From Acidobacteriota bacterium (lineage in GTDB: Bacteria > Acidobacteriota > Thermoanaerobaculia > Multivoradales > JAGPDF01): a stretch of DNA of 45,656 nucleotides. Every line of letters starts with the position of its first letter. The first letter of the stretch is position 1. This document shows positions 17,155-25,193 of this stretch, one piece after another. The position numbers and the translations under genes are program-made. Under the pieces are notes generated by a model, which had not been told where the DNA came from, did not search any database, and worked only from the letters and a program-made list of their open reading frames with translations. The DNA lies in assembly GCA_011525905.1 (NCBI GenBank), contig WYBK01000176.1, forward strand, positions 1-45,656. Direction: 5' to 3'.

Positions 17155-19241
17155 GCAGCCGGCTGGCGGCCTTCTGGGAGCGCCGGCTGGGCGGGCTGGT
17201 CGAGCTCGCGCTGCGCAGGCCGCGAACCGTCCTCGCGATCGCCGGGGTGGTGGCGGCTCTCTCCGGGGCGCTCGTCGTCACCCGCCTCGAGCTGCGCAGC
17301 TCCAACCTCGACCTGATCGATCCGCGGCTGCCCGAGATCGCCCGCTTCCGCGACTTCGCGGCCCGCTTCGGCACGCCCAACGTCCTGATCGTCGCGCTGG
17401 AAGGGGAGGAGCGCGTCCGCCTCGCGCGGCTCGCCGACCGCCTGGCCTCGGCGCTCCCGCGAGTGACCGGCGTGCGCTCGGTGCTCGCCCGCTTGCCCTT
17501 TCGCGACGAGACGCTCGCGGCGTTCGGCGTGGCCCCGCATTTCTTCTCCGACGACGGCCGGAGGCTCTATCTCTTCGTGCAACCGGCGGACGCCGACTCC
17601 GCGGCGGCCACCATCGCGCCCTTCGTCGCCGGCGTGCGAGCGGCCGTCGCGGCGCTCGCGCCGGAGCGCGAAGGCATTCGGGTCGGCTTCACCGGGCTAC
17701 CGCAGTACGCGCTCGACGACCGCGACTTCGTGCGGCGCGACCTCTCGCGCCTTTCGGCGCTGTCGTTCGCCCTGGTGGCGGCGCTCTTCGTCGCCGGCTT
17801 TCGCGGCGTGCGGCAGCCGCTCCTCGCGATGGCCACGCTGGCGCTGGCGGCGCTCGCGACCGCCGGTGTCGCGGCGCTCGCGCCCGGCCATCTGACCCTG
17901 GTCTCGGCCTTCTTCTTCTCGATCCTCTTCGGGCTGGGGATCGATTTCGCGGTCCACCTGCTGGACGCGGTGGCGGAGCGGCGCGCGCTCGGCGAGCGGC
18001 TCGAGCCAGCGATCGCCGGTTCGGCGCGCTTCTTGGCCCCCGGCCTGGGCACGGGGGCGGCGACCACGGCGCTCTCCTTCTTCGTTCTCCTGGTCTCCGG
18101 CTTCCGAGGATTCGCCGAGCTCGGCTGGCTCGCCGGAGTCGGCGTCCTGCTCGCGCTGCTCGCCACGCTGACCGTTCTGCCCGCGGCCCTCTGTCTGCTG
18201 CCGCCGTCCTCGGCTCGACCACGCGCGGCGCACGAGCGCCGGACCGGTCGCTGGCTGCTGGCCGCCCAGCGGCCGGGCATCGCCCTGGCGCTGTTCGGGA
18301 TCGCGGCCGGCTCGCTCCTGGTCGGACCGCCGCCGTTCGACGGCAACTACCTGAACCTGGAGCCGGCGGGCTCCGAGGCGGTTCGCCTGGAGCGCGAGAT
18401 GGTGCGCGGCTCGACCTTTGCGCCGCAGTTCGCGGCGTTCGTGGTGGCCGATGCGGCGGCGGCGCGACGGCTCGCCGCCGAGCTGCGTCGCGAGGAAACG
18501 GTCGCTTCGGTGCGCACGCTCACCGACCTGGCGCCCCTGGTCGGCCTCGGCGCGGCGCTGCCGGAGGCCTTCGAGGGCTTCCGCTCGCTGTTCGTCGATC
18601 CGGAGGGGCGGCACGCCGTCTACGCCTATCCGGCCGGCGACGTCTGGGAGCCGGGATTCCAGCAGAGGTTTCTCGACGCCATGCGGCGTCTCGACCCCGA
18701 GGTCACCGGCATGCCCTTCGTCGGGCGATTCCTGGTCGACCGCTCGCACCGGGCACTGCGCCGCACCGTCTGGCTCGCCGCGGCGCTGCTCGTCGCCGTG
18801 GTGCTCGCCGACTTCGCGCGACCGACGGCGGCGCTGCTGGCGACGTTGCCGACCTTTCTCGGCCTGATGGTCCAGCTGGGGGCGATGCGGCTGCTCGGCG
18901 TGCCGCTCAACCCGCTCGACATCCTGGCTTTTCCGGTAGTCCTGGGCATCGCCGAGGACAGCGGCGTCCACCTCGTGCACCGCTACCTGGCGGAACGGGG
19001 CGACCTGGCGCGCACGCTCGCGGGCGCCGGCCGTACGGTGCTGCTCTGCGGCGTGACGACCCTCGCCGGCTTCGGCGGGCTCGCCGCCGCGACGCACCGC
19101 GGCCTCGCCTCGTTCGCGCTCGCGCTCGCGCTCGGAGTCGCCGCGGCGCTCGTCTTCTCGCTGCTGCTGCTGCCGCAGCTCCTGCGGTTCGCGCTGCCGC
19201 GCGCCGGGTTCGCCGAGGGGCGCGCGGAGGAGCCCGCGTGA
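17151..19241 (+). CDS. MMPL/RND-superfamily transporter (HpnN-like architecture, two 6-TM bundles)
   Basis: 696 aa. GTGA overlap. Two repeats, each a periplasmic loop followed by TM bundles, with GLGIDFAVHLL and GIAEDSGVHLVHRY motifs. Confidence 0.8.
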   Translation: MSSRLAAFWERRLGGLVELALRRPRTVLAIAGVVAALSGALVVTRLELRSSNLDLIDPRLPEIARFRDFAARFGTPNVLIVALEGEERVRLARLADRLASALPRVTGVRSVLARLPFRDETLAAFGVAPHFFSDDGRRLYLFVQPADADSAAATIAPFVAGVRAAVAALAPEREGIRVGFTGLPQYALDDRDFVRRDLSRLSALSFALVAALFVAGFRGVRQPLLAMATLALAALATAGVAALAPGHLTLVSAFFFSILFGLGIDFAVHLLDAVAERRALGERLEPAIAGSARFLAPGLGTGAATTALSFFVLLVSGFRGFAELGWLAGVGVLLALLATLTVLPAALCLLPPSSARPRAAHERRTGRWLLAAQRPGIALALFGIAAGSLLVGPPPFDGNYLNLEPAGSEAVRLEREMVRGSTFAPQFAAFVVADAAAARRLAAELRREETVASVRTLTDLAPLVGLGAALPEAFEGFRSLFVDPEGRHAVYAYPAGDVWEPGFQQRFLDAMRRLDPEVTGMPFVGRFLVDRSHRALRRTVWLAAALLVAVVLADFARPTAALLATLPTFLGLMVQLGAMRLLGVPLNPLDILAFPVVLGIAEDSGVHLVHRYLAERGDLARTLAGAGRTVLLCGVTTLAGFGGLAAATHRGLASFALALALGVAAALVFSLLLLPQLLRFALPRAGFAEGRAEEPA

Positions 19242-20140
19242 GGTCGGCGATTCTGTGCGGGGCGGTCGGCCGTGCCCTCGCCGGTGGGCTGCTGGCGGCG
19301 GCCTGCGCCGGCGCGGCGAGCGCGACGGCGTTCGAGGAGCAGCGCGCGGCGACCTGCTGGGCGGCACGCCACCGGGGCTTCGAAGCGACCGGCCGAGTCG
19401 ACCCGGCGCCGGTCCGGTGCGCGATCGAGGGATTCGGCGCCGCTGCGGCGGCCGCACCGGAGCGACTCGAGCCGAGGTTTCGCGAGATCGAGGCGCTCTG
19501 GTTCGCGGCGCACTTCGTCCGCATGCCCGGCGGCGAGGCGCGGACGCTGCTCGACCGCTGCGTCGAGGTCGCGGAGGGAGCGGTCGCCGAGGTCGCGAGG
19601 CGGGCAGGAGGTGCCGCCCTCGACCCGGGCGCCGACTTCGAGCTCCGGGCCGCAGCGCTGGCGCCGATTCCCGGGGCGGGCGCCGCACACTTCTGGGCCG
19701 CGATCGCCTGGGGCGAGTGGGCGCTCCAGCACGGCGCCCTCGCCGCTCTCGCGCGGGGAGTCCCCACCAGGTTGCGTCGGCACGCCGAGCTCGCGGCGCG
19801 GCTCGCGCCCGGCCTGCGCGACGGCGGCGGCCTCCGGCTCCTCGGGCGCCTGCATGCCTCGCTGCCGCGGATTCCGGGTCTGACCGGTTGGGTCGACCGC
19901 GCGCGCGGCGTCGAGCTCCTGCGCGAGGCGGCCGCCCGCTGGCCCGGCGATCCGAGGAACCGGCTCTTCCTCGCCGAGGCCCTGCTCGAGCGAGACCCGT
20001 CGTCCAGCGGCGAAGCGCTCGCCCTGCTCGAAGACCTGGCGAACGATCGCGCCGATCCGGAGGAGCGGGTCGAGCAGGCCGAGACGCTCCACGCGGCGGC
20101 CGACCTGCTGCGGCGTCTCTCCGTCGAGAGAGCCCGATGA
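19238..20140 (+). CDS. Helical-repeat (TPR/TatT-like) putative lipoprotein, function unknown
   Basis: 300 aa. GTGA overlap. N-terminal LLAAAC lipobox-like signal. Alpha-helical repeat composition. Confidence 0.5.
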   Translation: MRSAILCGAVGRALAGGLLAAACAGAASATAFEEQRAATCWAARHRGFEATGRVDPAPVRCAIEGFGAAAAAAPERLEPRFREIEALWFAAHFVRMPGGEARTLLDRCVEVAEGAVAEVARRAGGAALDPGADFELRAAALAPIPGAGAAHFWAAIAWGEWALQHGALAALARGVPTRLRRHAELAARLAPGLRDGGGLRLLGRLHASLPRIPGLTGWVDRARGVELLREAAARWPGDPRNRLFLAEALLERDPSSSGEALALLEDLANDRADPEERVEQAETLHAAADLLRRLSVERAR

Positions 20141-20832
20141 GCCCGGCCGCGGCCGACCCCTACGCGGCCTATCTGCGCGCCTTCTTCGCTCGGTGGAGCT
20201 CGCTCTACGACCTGTTCGCGGCGCCGATCGGATTCGTCTACCGCGCGGCGGCTCGCCAGGCGGGCGCCGCCCCCGGCCGGCGGCTCCTCGACCTGTGCAC
20301 CGGCACCGGAGAGCTCGCGCTCCGCTGCGCCCGGCTCGGCGCGCAGGTCACCGCGGCCGACTTCACGGCCTCGATGCTCTGGCGCGCGCGGGCCAAGGCG
20401 CGCGGCCGCGGCCTCCGGCTGGTCGAAGCGGATGCCCGGCGGCTGCCGTTCGCGGACGCGAGCTTCGACGTCGTCCTGCTCTCCTTCGCGCTCCACGACA
20501 TGCCGGCCCGGGCGCGGGTGGAGTCGCTGCTCGAGGCGACACGCGTCGCGCGCGAGCGGGTGATCGTCGTCGACTACGACCCGCCGACGAGAGGCCTCGG
20601 AGGCCGGTTGGTGACCGCCATGCTCGCGAGCTTCGAAACCGCCTACTTGCGCGGCTTCCTGCGTGCCGGCGGTACTCCGGCGGCGATCGCCGCCGCTGGC
20701 CTCGGGGTCGAGCGCCGGCGGCGGGCGCTCCCGGGGCTGTTCGGGATCTGGTCGGTCGCGGCCGCCGTTCAGCCGAGCACGCGCCGGATCTCGGCCTCGA
20801 GCACCCCCGGTTCGAGCTCGACGAGCTCGTAG
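20137..20832 (+). CDS. Class I SAM-dependent methyltransferase (UbiE/COQ5-like)
   Basis: 231 aa. ATGA overlap. Motif I LLDLCTGTGELA, then ADFTASML, LPFADASFDVVLLSFALHD. The 3' end overlaps the convergent gene by 64 nt. Confidence 0.75.
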   Translation: MSPAAADPYAAYLRAFFARWSSLYDLFAAPIGFVYRAAARQAGAAPGRRLLDLCTGTGELALRCARLGAQVTAADFTASMLWRARAKARGRGLRLVEADARRLPFADASFDVVLLSFALHDMPARARVESLLEATRVARERVIVVDYDPPTRGLGGRLVTAMLASFETAYLRGFLRAGGTPAAIAAAGLGVERRRRALPGLFGIWSVAAAVQPSTRRISASSTPGSSSTSS

Positions 20833-22085
20833 GTGACGCCGACCACCGGCTTGTCGGAGGCCAGGACGCGGGCCAGGTCGATCGGCGTCCCCTCGACCAC
20901 GACGTCAGCGGGCGTGGCGCGGATGGTCGCCTCGAGGTCGCGCACCTGCTCGTCGCCGTAGCCCATGGCGGGCAGGATGCCGGCCGCGTTCGGGTACTTG
21001 GCGTAGGTCTCGACCAGCGAGCCGACCGCGTACGGGCGCGGGTCGACGATCTCAGCGGCGCCGGCGTCGCGGGCGGCGAACCAACCCGCGCCCACGCTCA
21101 TGCCGCCGTGGGTGAGGGTGGGGCCGTCCTCGACCACCAGCGCCCGGCGGCCGTGGATCGCGGCCGGGTCCGAGGCGCGGATCTCCGAGGCGCAGCGCAC
21201 GATGCGCGCGCGCGGGTTGATCCGGCGGCAGTTCGCCTCGACCTCCGCCACCTTGTCGGCCTCGGCGGTGTTGACCTTGTTGACGATCACGAGGTCGGCC
21301 ATCAGGACGTTGGTCTCGCCCGGGTAGTAGGAGATCTCGTGCCCGGGCCGGTGCGGGTCGACCAGGACGACGTGGAGATCGGAGCGATAGAAGGGAGTGT
21401 CGTTGTTGCCGCCGTCCCAGAGGATGACGTCGGCTTCCTTCTCGGCCTCGCGCAGGATCTTCTCGTAGTCGACGCCGGCGAAGACCACGAAGCCGTTGTC
21501 GATGTGCGGCTCGTACTCCTCGCGTTCCTCGATCGTGCACTCGTGCCGGTCGAGGTCCTCGTAAGTCGCGAAGCGCTGGCAGACCTGGCGCGCGAGGTCG
21601 CCGTAGGGCATCGGGTGGCGGATCGCGACGACCCGTTTGCCCATCGCCTTGAGGATGCGCGAGACGAAGCGGGTCGTCTGCGACTTGCCGACCCCGGTGC
21701 GCACTGCGGTGATGGCGATCACCGGCCGGACCGAGGAGACCATGGTCGCGGTGGCCGAGGCGAGCGTGAAGTGGGCGCCCCAGCCGTTGACGTGGGCAGC
21801 CTTGTCCATGACGTAGCCGTGCGACACGTCGGAATAGGAGAACCAGACCTCGTCGACCCGCTCGTCGCGGACGAGCCGTTCGAGCTGCTCTTCGGCGACG
21901 ATCGGGATGCCGTCGGGGTAGCGCTTCCCCGCCAGCACGGCGGGGTAGCGGCGCCCCTCGATGTCGGGGATCTGCGTCGCGGTGAAGGCGACGACCTCGA
22001 ACTCCGCGCGGTCGCGGAAGAGCACGTTGAAGTTGTGGAAATCGCGCCCGGCGGCGCCCATGATCACGACACGTCTCGGCGACAT
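20769..22085 (-). CDS. COG2403-type P-loop protein (cyclic 2,3-diphosphoglycerate synthetase-like GTPase family)
   Basis: 438 aa. N-terminus VVIMGAAGRDFHNFN, P-loop RTGVGKSQT. GAAGGAGG lies upstream of the ATG. Confidence 0.6.
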   Translation of the reverse strand: MSPRRVVIMGAAGRDFHNFNVLFRDRAEFEVVAFTATQIPDIEGRRYPAVLAGKRYPDGIPIVAEEQLERLVRDERVDEVWFSYSDVSHGYVMDKAAHVNGWGAHFTLASATATMVSSVRPVIAITAVRTGVGKSQTTRFVSRILKAMGKRVVAIRHPMPYGDLARQVCQRFATYEDLDRHECTIEEREEYEPHIDNGFVVFAGVDYEKILREAEKEADVILWDGGNNDTPFYRSDLHVVLVDPHRPGHEISYYPGETNVLMADLVIVNKVNTAEADKVAEVEANCRRINPRARIVRCASEIRASDPAAIHGRRALVVEDGPTLTHGGMSVGAGWFAARDAGAAEIVDPRPYAVGSLVETYAKYPNAAGILPAMGYGDEQVRDLEATIRATPADVVVEGTPIDLARVLASDKPVVGVTYELVELEPGVLEAEIRRVLG

Positions 22086-22178
22086 CGAACCTCCTTCGTC
22101 GGTCCGGCGGCAGCTTATCCTCCCGGCCGGGCGGCGCCCCCCGCGCCCGGGGGCGGGGGGCGCGCGCGGCCGCGCGGG

Positions 22179-23003
22179 TCAGCCCCGCAGGCGCTCGGCG
22201 CCGGCGTAGACCGTCATCTCGCCGCCGCGCACGAAGCCGACGAGGACGAGTCCGAGGCGGTCGGCGAGCTCGATCGCGGCGTCGGTCGGAGCGCCGACCG
22301 CGGCGAGCCCGGAGAGCCGCGCCCGCGCCGCCTTGGCGACCATCTCCAGGCTGGCGCGGCCGGAGAGCAACGCGGCGAGGCCGGCGGTGTCGAGGCCCGC
22401 GCGCATCGCCTTGCCGATCGCCTTGTCGAAGGCGGCGTGGCGGCCGACGTCCTCGGCGACCGCCACGACTTCGCCGCGCGCGTCGAACAGGTGCGTGGCG
22501 TGGCTGCCTCCGGTGGCGGCGAACAGCGGCTGGCGCGCGCGCGCGCCGCGCGCGACGGCGAGGATCACGGGAGCGGGCGGCGGCGGGGCGGCGGGCACCG
22601 GTTCGAGACCGGCGAGGTAGGGCAGCGCGTCCTCGCGGCCGCACAGGCCGCAGGAGGCGTAGAGCACGAGGTTGCGGCTCGCCGCCGCGGGAGCGTCGGG
22701 CGGCCGCGCCAGGCGGACGCGGACGCCGTCGCCGCCGTCGCAGGGCTCGGCGCTCGTGACGTCGGCGAGCGAGTCGATCCATCCCTCGGCGCGCAGGAAG
22801 CCGAGCGCGAGCTCGATCTCCTCGCCCGGGGTGCACATCAGGGCGAACGAGGCGCCGTCCGCGATGCGGATGGTCAGCAGCCGCTCGCGCGCCACGGCGC
22901 GTCGGCCGTCGCGCGCCTCGCCCGGCCGGCCGACCACCGCCACCGGGCGGAGCACGGCGCCCTCGGGCGCGGCGGCTTCGGCATCGGGCTCACGGCGGCG
23001 CAT
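22179..23003 (-). CDS. fdhD: Formate dehydrogenase accessory sulfurtransferase FdhD
   Basis: 274 aa. YASCGLCG and EDVGRHAAFDKAIG motifs. Confidence 0.85.
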   Translation of the reverse strand: MRRREPDAEAAAPEGAVLRPVAVVGRPGEARDGRRAVARERLLTIRIADGASFALMCTPGEEIELALGFLRAEGWIDSLADVTSAEPCDGGDGVRVRLARPPDAPAAASRNLVLYASCGLCGREDALPYLAGLEPVPAAPPPPAPVILAVARGARARQPLFAATGGSHATHLFDARGEVVAVAEDVGRHAAFDKAIGKAMRAGLDTAGLAALLSGRASLEMVAKAARARLSGLAAVGAPTDAAIELADRLGLVLVGFVRGGEMTVYAGAERLRG

Positions 23004-23082
23004 GCGATGCGCGGCAGTGTAGAGAAGGGGGCGCCGCCGGGCAAGCGCCGGCGAGGACGCGCGGGCGCGGCGGCGCCTCCCG

Positions 23083-23400
23083 TTACGGCTCGTCGAGCGC
23101 GAGCGCGAACCGCAGCGCCCGGCCGACGCGCGCCAGCTTCTCTTGCGGCAGCTTGACCAGCAGGTCGCCGACGGTCTCGCGCGGAAGCGTGATCACCCGA
23201 TCGAGGTTGACCACGCACCGCTGCGGCAGCCCTTCGGCCGGTCCGAGCTCGACCTCGACGCGGATGCCGCGGACGCGCGTGGTCACCGGCGCGACCGTGA
23301 CCATGCGCCGGACGAGGTAGGCCTCGTCGCGCGAGAGCAGGAGCACGGGGCGCCGGGTGCCGTCCGGCAGCGCCGCCCAGCGGACCTCGCCCCGCCTCAT
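23083..23400 (-). CDS. mazF: MazF/PemK-family toxin (type II TA endoribonuclease)
   Basis: 105 aa. GEVRWAAL ... RPVLLLS ... TVAPVTT pattern. The ATG overlaps the antitoxin stop (ATGA). Confidence 0.8.
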   Translation of the reverse strand: MRRGEVRWAALPDGTRRPVLLLSRDEAYLVRRMVTVAPVTTRVRGIRVEVELGPAEGLPQRCVVNLDRVITLPRETVGDLLVKLPQEKLARVGRALRFALALDEP

Positions 23401-23654
23401 TCCCAGGTCTCCGTGGCGAGCGCGGCGCCGGCGGCGGCGCCCATCGCCTCGACCTCGCTCGGCGACTCGGGCTCGGCGGCGTAGCTGTCGAGGTAGCGGC
23501 GCACCGCCTCGCGGTGCTCCTCCTGTTCGAGCGAGCCGATCGCGGCGCGGCGCAGGAACTCGCTGCGCGTCTCGCCGGTGGCGCGGCAGTAGCGGTCGAT
23601 GCGGCGCAGCAGCGGGGCGGGCAGGCTGATCGAGATCTTGGCGGAGCTCGGCAT
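23397..23654 (-). CDS. Ribbon-helix-helix (CopG-like) antitoxin
   Basis: 85 aa. N-terminal KISISLPAPLLRRIDRYCRATGETRSEFLRRAA RHH motif and an acidic C-terminal tail. Confidence 0.75.
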   Translation of the reverse strand: MPSSAKISISLPAPLLRRIDRYCRATGETRSEFLRRAAIGSLEQEEHREAVRRYLDSYAAEPESPSEVEAMGAAAGAALATETWE

Positions 23655-23658
23655 GCGT

Positions 23659-23686
23659 CCATGGTACGACTCTGGTCATACCAAGG
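23659..23686. promoter_or_regulatory. Imperfect inverted repeat CCATGGTA-N12-TACCAAGG, candidate TA operator
   Basis: Lies 5 nt upstream of the antitoxin ATG (23654), in the lowest-GC patch of this spacer. 7 of 8 positions are complementary. Confidence 0.35.
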
Positions 23687-23843
23687 CAAGACCGGTTGCC
23701 ACATCGGAATCGGGAAGCTATCCTGGGAAGGCAGTTTCCTGCCGCGCGGCCCCGTCGGACGGATGGGCCCGCCACGAGATTCCGCGAGAGCCGCCGGGCG
23801 AGAGGCCGGCGCGGCGCCCGGCACGAGACGAAGGAGGTGACCG

Positions 23844-25190
23844 ATGCAAGAGCCCCGGCCCGCGCGTTTCCGCGCCGTCGGCCTGAACAACGTGGCGAAG
23901 CGGCCCGAGTGGTCGCGCCTCGATCCGGCCGAGCGGCGCGCCGTCGAGGTCGTCTCGCGCGTGCTGCCGTTCCGCACCAACGCTTACGTCATGGAGGAGC
24001 TGATCGACTGGAGCCGCATCCCGGACGATCCCATCTTTCAGCTCACCTTTCCGCAGCGGGGCATGCTCGACCGCGAGCAGTTCGACCGCATCGCCGCGCT
24101 GGTCGACCGGAAAGCACCGCGCGAGGAGATCGAGGCCGAGGCGAACCGCGTGCGGCTCGAGCTGAATCCGCATCCGGCCGGCCAGCTGACCCACAACGTC
24201 CCGGAGCTCGACGGCCGCCGCCTTCCCGGTCTGCAGCACAAGTACCGCGAGACGGTGCTCTTCTTCCCCGGCCAGGGCCAGACCTGTCACGCCTACTGCA
24301 CCTACTGCTTCCGCTGGGCGCAGTTCGTCGGGCTGCCCGAGATGAAGTTCGAGGCGCGGGAGACCGACGACCTGCTCGCCTACCTGCGCGCGCATCCCGA
24401 GGTCACCGACGTGCTGGTCACCGGCGGCGACCCTCTGATCATGAAGACCAAGGCGCTGCGCCGCTACCTCGAGCCGCTGCTCGCGCCGGAGTTCGAGCAC
24501 GTGCGCAACCTCCGGATCGGCACCAAGTCGCTGGCCTACTGGCCGCAGCGCTTCGTCAGCGACGACGACGCCGACGACCTGCTGGCCTTCTTCGAGCAGT
24601 TGGTGGCGGCTGGCCGGCACGTCGCCCTGATGGCGCACTGGAGCCACCCGCGGGAGCTGGCGCCGGAGATCGTCCGCCGCGCGGTCGCGCGCGTGCGCGC
24701 CACGGGGGCGCAGATCCGCATGCAGGCGCCGCTGGTGCGCCGGGTCAACGACTCGGCGGCGCTCTGGGCGTCGATGTGGCGTATCGGCGTGCGGCTGGGA
24801 ATGATCCCGTACTACATGTTCGTCGAGCGCAACACCGGCCCGAAGAACTACTTCGAGGTGCCGCTCGCCCGCGCCCAGCGGATCTTCGCCGACGCCTACC
24901 GCCAGGTCTCCGGCCTCGCGCGCACCGTGCGCGGCCCGTCGATGTCGGCCTTTCCCGGCAAGGTCCGGGTGGTCGGCACGGCCGAGCTCGGCGACCAGCG
25001 CGTCTTCGTGCTCGAGCTGCTGCAGGCGCGCGATCCGGAGCGGGTCGGGCGCCCGTTCTTCGCTCGCTTCGACCCGCGCGCCGCCTGGTTCACCGAGCTC
25101 GCTCCGGCGACCGAGCGCGACGCTCCGTTCTTCGCGACGGCTTCGGCGGCCCTGGCGTCGGCGGCATCCGGCGACCGGGTGGTAGCCTGA
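23844..25190 (+). CDS. KamA-family radical SAM aminomutase-like protein
   Basis: 448 aa. CHAYCTYC cluster motif (24285-24308), HKYRETVLFF, VTGGDPL, IPYYMFVERNTGP. GAAGGAGG lies upstream of the ATG. Confidence 0.8.
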   Translation: MQEPRPARFRAVGLNNVAKRPEWSRLDPAERRAVEVVSRVLPFRTNAYVMEELIDWSRIPDDPIFQLTFPQRGMLDREQFDRIAALVDRKAPREEIEAEANRVRLELNPHPAGQLTHNVPELDGRRLPGLQHKYRETVLFFPGQGQTCHAYCTYCFRWAQFVGLPEMKFEARETDDLLAYLRAHPEVTDVLVTGGDPLIMKTKALRRYLEPLLAPEFEHVRNLRIGTKSLAYWPQRFVSDDDADDLLAFFEQLVAAGRHVALMAHWSHPRELAPEIVRRAVARVRATGAQIRMQAPLVRRVNDSAALWASMWRIGVRLGMIPYYMFVERNTGPKNYFEVPLARAQRIFADAYRQVSGLARTVRGPSMSAFPGKVRVVGTAELGDQRVFVLELLQARDPERVGRPFFARFDPRAAWFTELAPATERDAPFFATASAALASAASGDRVVA

Positions 25191-25193
25191 GGC

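Noticed and set aside
20769-20832. Convergent 3' overlaps (2286-2325, 20769-20832, 37159-37178) as antisense regulatory modules
   Set aside because: Short convergent overlaps are common in compact high-GC genomes. The 64-nt case may simply reflect a methyltransferase tail (...STRRISASSTPGSSSTSS) that reads like run-on sequence past the folded domain.
23700-23843. Riboswitch in the 5' leader of the KamA-family gene
   Set aside because: I could not match any known riboswitch consensus (lysine, SAM, glycine, guanidine). Only trivial 5-bp hairpins are visible.
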